Shown here: positions 60,756 to 64,000 of the stretch, one piece after another | How positions within the stretch are numbered: the stretch's first letter is position 1 | Layout of the letters: every line of letters starts with the position of its first letter | Assembly: GCF_041146345.1 (NCBI RefSeq) | Contig: NW_027191405.1 | Location: 1,302,001 to 1,366,000 of the forward strand | DNA: 64,000 bases | Reading direction: 5' to 3' | From: Neodothiora populina | Taxonomy: Eukaryota | Program-made: the position numbers and the translations under genes | Notes under the pieces: model-generated | Seen by the model: the letters and a program-made list of their open reading frames with translations, nothing else | The model's database searches: none | What the model was told of the DNA's origin: nothing

Positions 60756-61166
60756 TTAAAGTCCGCCGAAGAGGACATCCTCGAAACTGCCCACGGCACT
60801 GGGAGCACAGGGTCTTGGTTCAACGATATCGAGGAGCTCGTCCTTGCACATGAGGCGCTCCTCTTCCTGCTCGAGCTCGATCTGGCTGGGGCTTCGTCGG
60901 ATGGCAAACTTGCTTTTGAGTGAGTTAAGCGAGTTGCTGGAGAAGCTCGTGGCCATTTGGCTGAAACGTCCACTCATTGATGAACGAGGCAGGGACGGCG
61001 AGAAAGACGAGGAAGCTGAGCAGAAGCTCTCGTCTGTCGACAATCGAGAGGCGGTATATGTAGAAGGCATTTGCTCTTCTGTCACTGGAGATAGACCTTC
61101 AGATGATGGAGTGAATGCAGTTCGCAGACGACGGAGGCTGAATTGAGAGCGGGTGGATTGACGCAT
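60756..61166 (-). CDS. Small Ser-rich hypothetical protein (136 aa)
   Basis: ATG in aacATG context after a pyrimidine-rich leader; disordered Ser-rich body ending in the motif-like RRSPSQIELEQEEERL..LLDIVEPRP..FEDVLFG. Confidence 0.6.
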   Translation of the reverse strand: MRQSTRSQFSLRRLRTAFTPSSEGLSPVTEEQMPSTYTASRLSTDESFCSASSSFSPSLPRSSMSGRFSQMATSFSSNSLNSLKSKFAIRRSPSQIELEQEEERLMCKDELLDIVEPRPCAPSAVGSFEDVLFGGL

Positions 61167-62874
61167 GTTTGGGTAATGTGATTGTGATAAGGTGTGCTGA
61201 GCAGCTAGTATTGTAAAGATCGTCAAGCAATATTATTCGCTTAATTTAAAGAGTGTCTTGATCGTGAAGATGCGCGTAACAGAGATAACAGATAGGCAAA
61301 AGTGAGTGTGAAGGAATGACTGAGTAGAAAAGAAAGAGTATGCGTTCTGTTTAATCTTAAGTATCCAGACGAACCCGTCAAAGGAGGTTCGACGGATGTA
61401 CAGAGGAAGGGGCGAATATCGATTCCAACGGTGGTGAACCTTGGAGCTTTCGTATTGTACGCAAGGTGGATGGCTACGAATGCCACCAGCTGCAGAAGCG
61501 TTAACGTTTAGAGAATGCAATCTCTCGCGTCGACGCGGAAGAAACAATGGCATACAGGTCTCTCTACCTAGTCAACCAGATACGCAGAGGCTGAGAATTT
61601 CAAGCACGCGTGCTATTTGTCGTACTTACAGTTACATACTTACCTGATCGCTCTGCCATGCTCGCCCTTGTAAGGATGGTAGATCCTTTGTGAGTGGAGT
61701 GTGTCACGTAAGAAGCCCAGCCATTTATCTCCGTGCCTTACTGTATTTTGCTCGCCCCACACGATGAATTTGCAGACTTTCACTCGCGGCACGAAGCACA
61801 CACAGCCCCTGTCGGTGATGACCCACAGCAGCAACCCCCTTTCTTGGAGTTTCGGCTTGAATATCCTCAACGTCGCTGCTCAAATCACGCAGAAATAGGT
61901 CTCGACTTTCCTGATCTGGACCCTGAGGTGCCTGGTTACATACTTCTTTGGACTCATTGCAGGTCTACAAGTATGCAAGTGTCCTTCCCAAGACGAAGTG
62001 CGCCTTGTACCCCGCAGCTACTGCAAATCGATCTAGGTACCTACCTAGACAAGAACATTCGATTGGCGACTGCAACCAGTGTACAAATGATAAGGTATTG
62101 TAGCTCGGAGAAAATGCCATGACTTGGCATCGATCGACCGTTGATTCTCCACCAGCGGACTATTCCTCTATCTCTGTCAGCCACGCCTATCACGCGGCAT
62201 CTTGCGTGTTTTCTTGTTTAATTCGCGACGCTGAACCGTCTGTCGTGTTTCGTGTTTCGTGTTTAGACCCTGATCTTGTAACTCCTTGGCCTTCTGGTTG
62301 TCTTTCTTGCGGCGACGACCTTCGCGCACTCATCGGCACTGATAGCTGGGGATACCGAAGATGTCATATGCGCGATATTACCTGTAATTATCTCTCACAC
62401 GTTTCAGTATTCTGTGGCATCGCAGGGCTCGAAAGCAATGACTGGTCGCAGTCTTATCGCAATGGCGCAGCGCCGTTGCATGTTTTGGCAGATTAATGTT
62501 GATCGGCTCGTTGAAATGTCAACAGCGCGCGATCGTACGCGACCTTACTAACGTCCGGGAAGCAAGGCGTGACCACGAACACAACGCGGGTCACATGACT
62601 GGGACGTGGAAGTCAAAGCAACCTGGAAGACATTGAAACATATCTATGTATAGGTACCAATATTGAGATTGCAGCAATATGGCTTGCACAATGTTCATCA
62701 TTGAGCAGTAATTGGACAAACAGCAGACGACTTTCACATTACAGATTCGTCCATTTCTCCTCTCCATCGACAGAGGAATCGTGAAGATCGCATCAAAAGT
62801 GCTATGATCGCAGTGCATTTTATGTATACTTTAGGTACATAAAGTCACTAATCGCAGATACGACTGGTCAGCAT

Positions 62875-63840
62875 TCACGCTTTCCTGCTCTTAGGATCTT
62901 GCCAAGTGAAGGCTGGTTTGAAATCCAACTCCTTCTTTGCCTTCTCGATCGACAGCAAAGTGTCGTTCGGTCCAGTTGTCTTGTTGTACTTGACATCAGG
63001 GAAGCAAGCCTTGACAAGCTCGTCGTTCGGCTTCTTCATGCAAGTATCCGGAGCGGCGATCAAGTACTGATGATGTCCCTTCCTAGTGCTGGCCAAAGAC
63101 TTCGATACAGCCTGGCCGCCATCTCTAGCATCGATGTAACCCCAGCAGTTCCAGTATCTCAATTTCGGGTCCTCCTGCCAGGCATCAAATGTCTCATACT
63201 CGTGGGGTAGCATGACGTTGCTGAATCGGAGCGAGATGATCTTGCACTCAGGGTCCCATCTCGCATACTGCTCAGCCAATGTCTCACCGACCAGCTTCGA
63301 GAGCGAGTAAGCGGATTCGGGCTTGCGCTCATGCTCCTCGGTGATGGGCAAAGACTCTGGCATATGCGGATCGAAAGGAATGCCAATCAGAGTCTCTGAA
63401 GACGCAAGAACGATGTTCTTGATCTTGAGTTTGCGACATGCTTCTAGCACGTTGTAGGTGCTCATGGTGTTGGTTCTGAATTGACGACTGCTGTTCGTCT
63501 GGCCCGGTGAGGGAATAGCAGCAAGGTGGACTACGGCATCAATTCCACTATAGGCCATGTCCGTCGAGATGAAAGTCTCCAGCACAGCTCCCATGTCTTC
63601 CAAGTCTATCTCGACCAATCGGTAAGCGCCACCAAGCCCGGACTTGCCATCCTCACTGATGCCAGGTGGGCGACGAGTATCCACCGAGATGACCTCCCAG
63701 CCTTCGTCTGCGAGGTATTTGACTGTAGAGCGTCCAAGCTTGCCACTACCACCTGTGACAATGACTCTGCGTGTGGGAGGGCCTCTCTTCGCTTCGCCCA
63801 AGGCGAGCTGGTCTGTGAAAGAGGACTGCTGACTGCTCAT
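62875..63840 (-). CDS. NAD-dependent epimerase/dehydratase (extended SDR)
   Basis: VIVTGGSGKLG, DAVVHLAAIP, NTMSTYNVLEA, LASS, catalytic YSLSK (YxxxK), SLRFSNV, YIDARD. ATG in aaaATG context at 63840. Confidence 0.92.
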   Translation of the reverse strand: MSSQQSSFTDQLALGEAKRGPPTRRVIVTGGSGKLGRSTVKYLADEGWEVISVDTRRPPGISEDGKSGLGGAYRLVEIDLEDMGAVLETFISTDMAYSGIDAVVHLAAIPSPGQTNSSRQFRTNTMSTYNVLEACRKLKIKNIVLASSETLIGIPFDPHMPESLPITEEHERKPESAYSLSKLVGETLAEQYARWDPECKIISLRFSNVMLPHEYETFDAWQEDPKLRYWNCWGYIDARDGGQAVSKSLASTRKGHHQYLIAAPDTCMKKPNDELVKACFPDVKYNKTTGPNDTLLSIEKAKKELDFKPAFTWQDPKSRKA

Positions 63841-64000
63841 TTTGAATGGATATCCTTGAAATCTTGCAATATGAGGTGCGATGGTAAGCAAACCAGGTGT
63901 TTGAATGCGAAAAGCTGCCGGCCTATGAATGGATATATACCACAACAATTTTCATCCATTACCTTAACATTGCGATGGGTGGGGAAGCCCATTATGTCAT

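Overview
Gene-dense stretch of a filamentous ascomycete (Pezizomycotina) chromosome. It has short GT-AG introns with CTRAY branch points. I found no prokaryotic features, CRISPR array or recognisable transposon. I reconstructed about 24 protein-coding loci by eye, plus two tRNA genes (intron-containing tRNA-Ala(AGC) and initiator tRNA-Met). Conserved genes include a La/DM15 RNA-binding protein, a FAM192A/Fyv6-like factor, TRM11, a GH76 (DCW1/DFG5-like) mannanase, SLD3, a dihydroxyacetone kinase and a Na+/K+-ATPase-like P-type pump. Between about 16 and 35 kb lies an accessory-looking run of enzymes with no PKS/NRPS/terpene backbone gene: a tocopherol-cyclase-like protein, a peroxisomal hydrolase, NmrA, SnoaL, a P450, an FAD monooxygenase and an aldo-keto reductase. 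Four observations stand out. (1) A secreted, GPI-anchored protein has a core that aligns by eye with group I truncated (2/2) haemoglobins. (2) TRM11 intron 1 is unusually long (210 nt) and folds into a G.U-rich multibranch structure that is more complete on the sense strand. (3) A large uncharacterised gene is broken by a single in-frame TAA inside an otherwise intact domain. (4) An intronless tocopherol-cyclase-like gene lies between two tRNAs. All family calls come from motif recognition; no database search was run.
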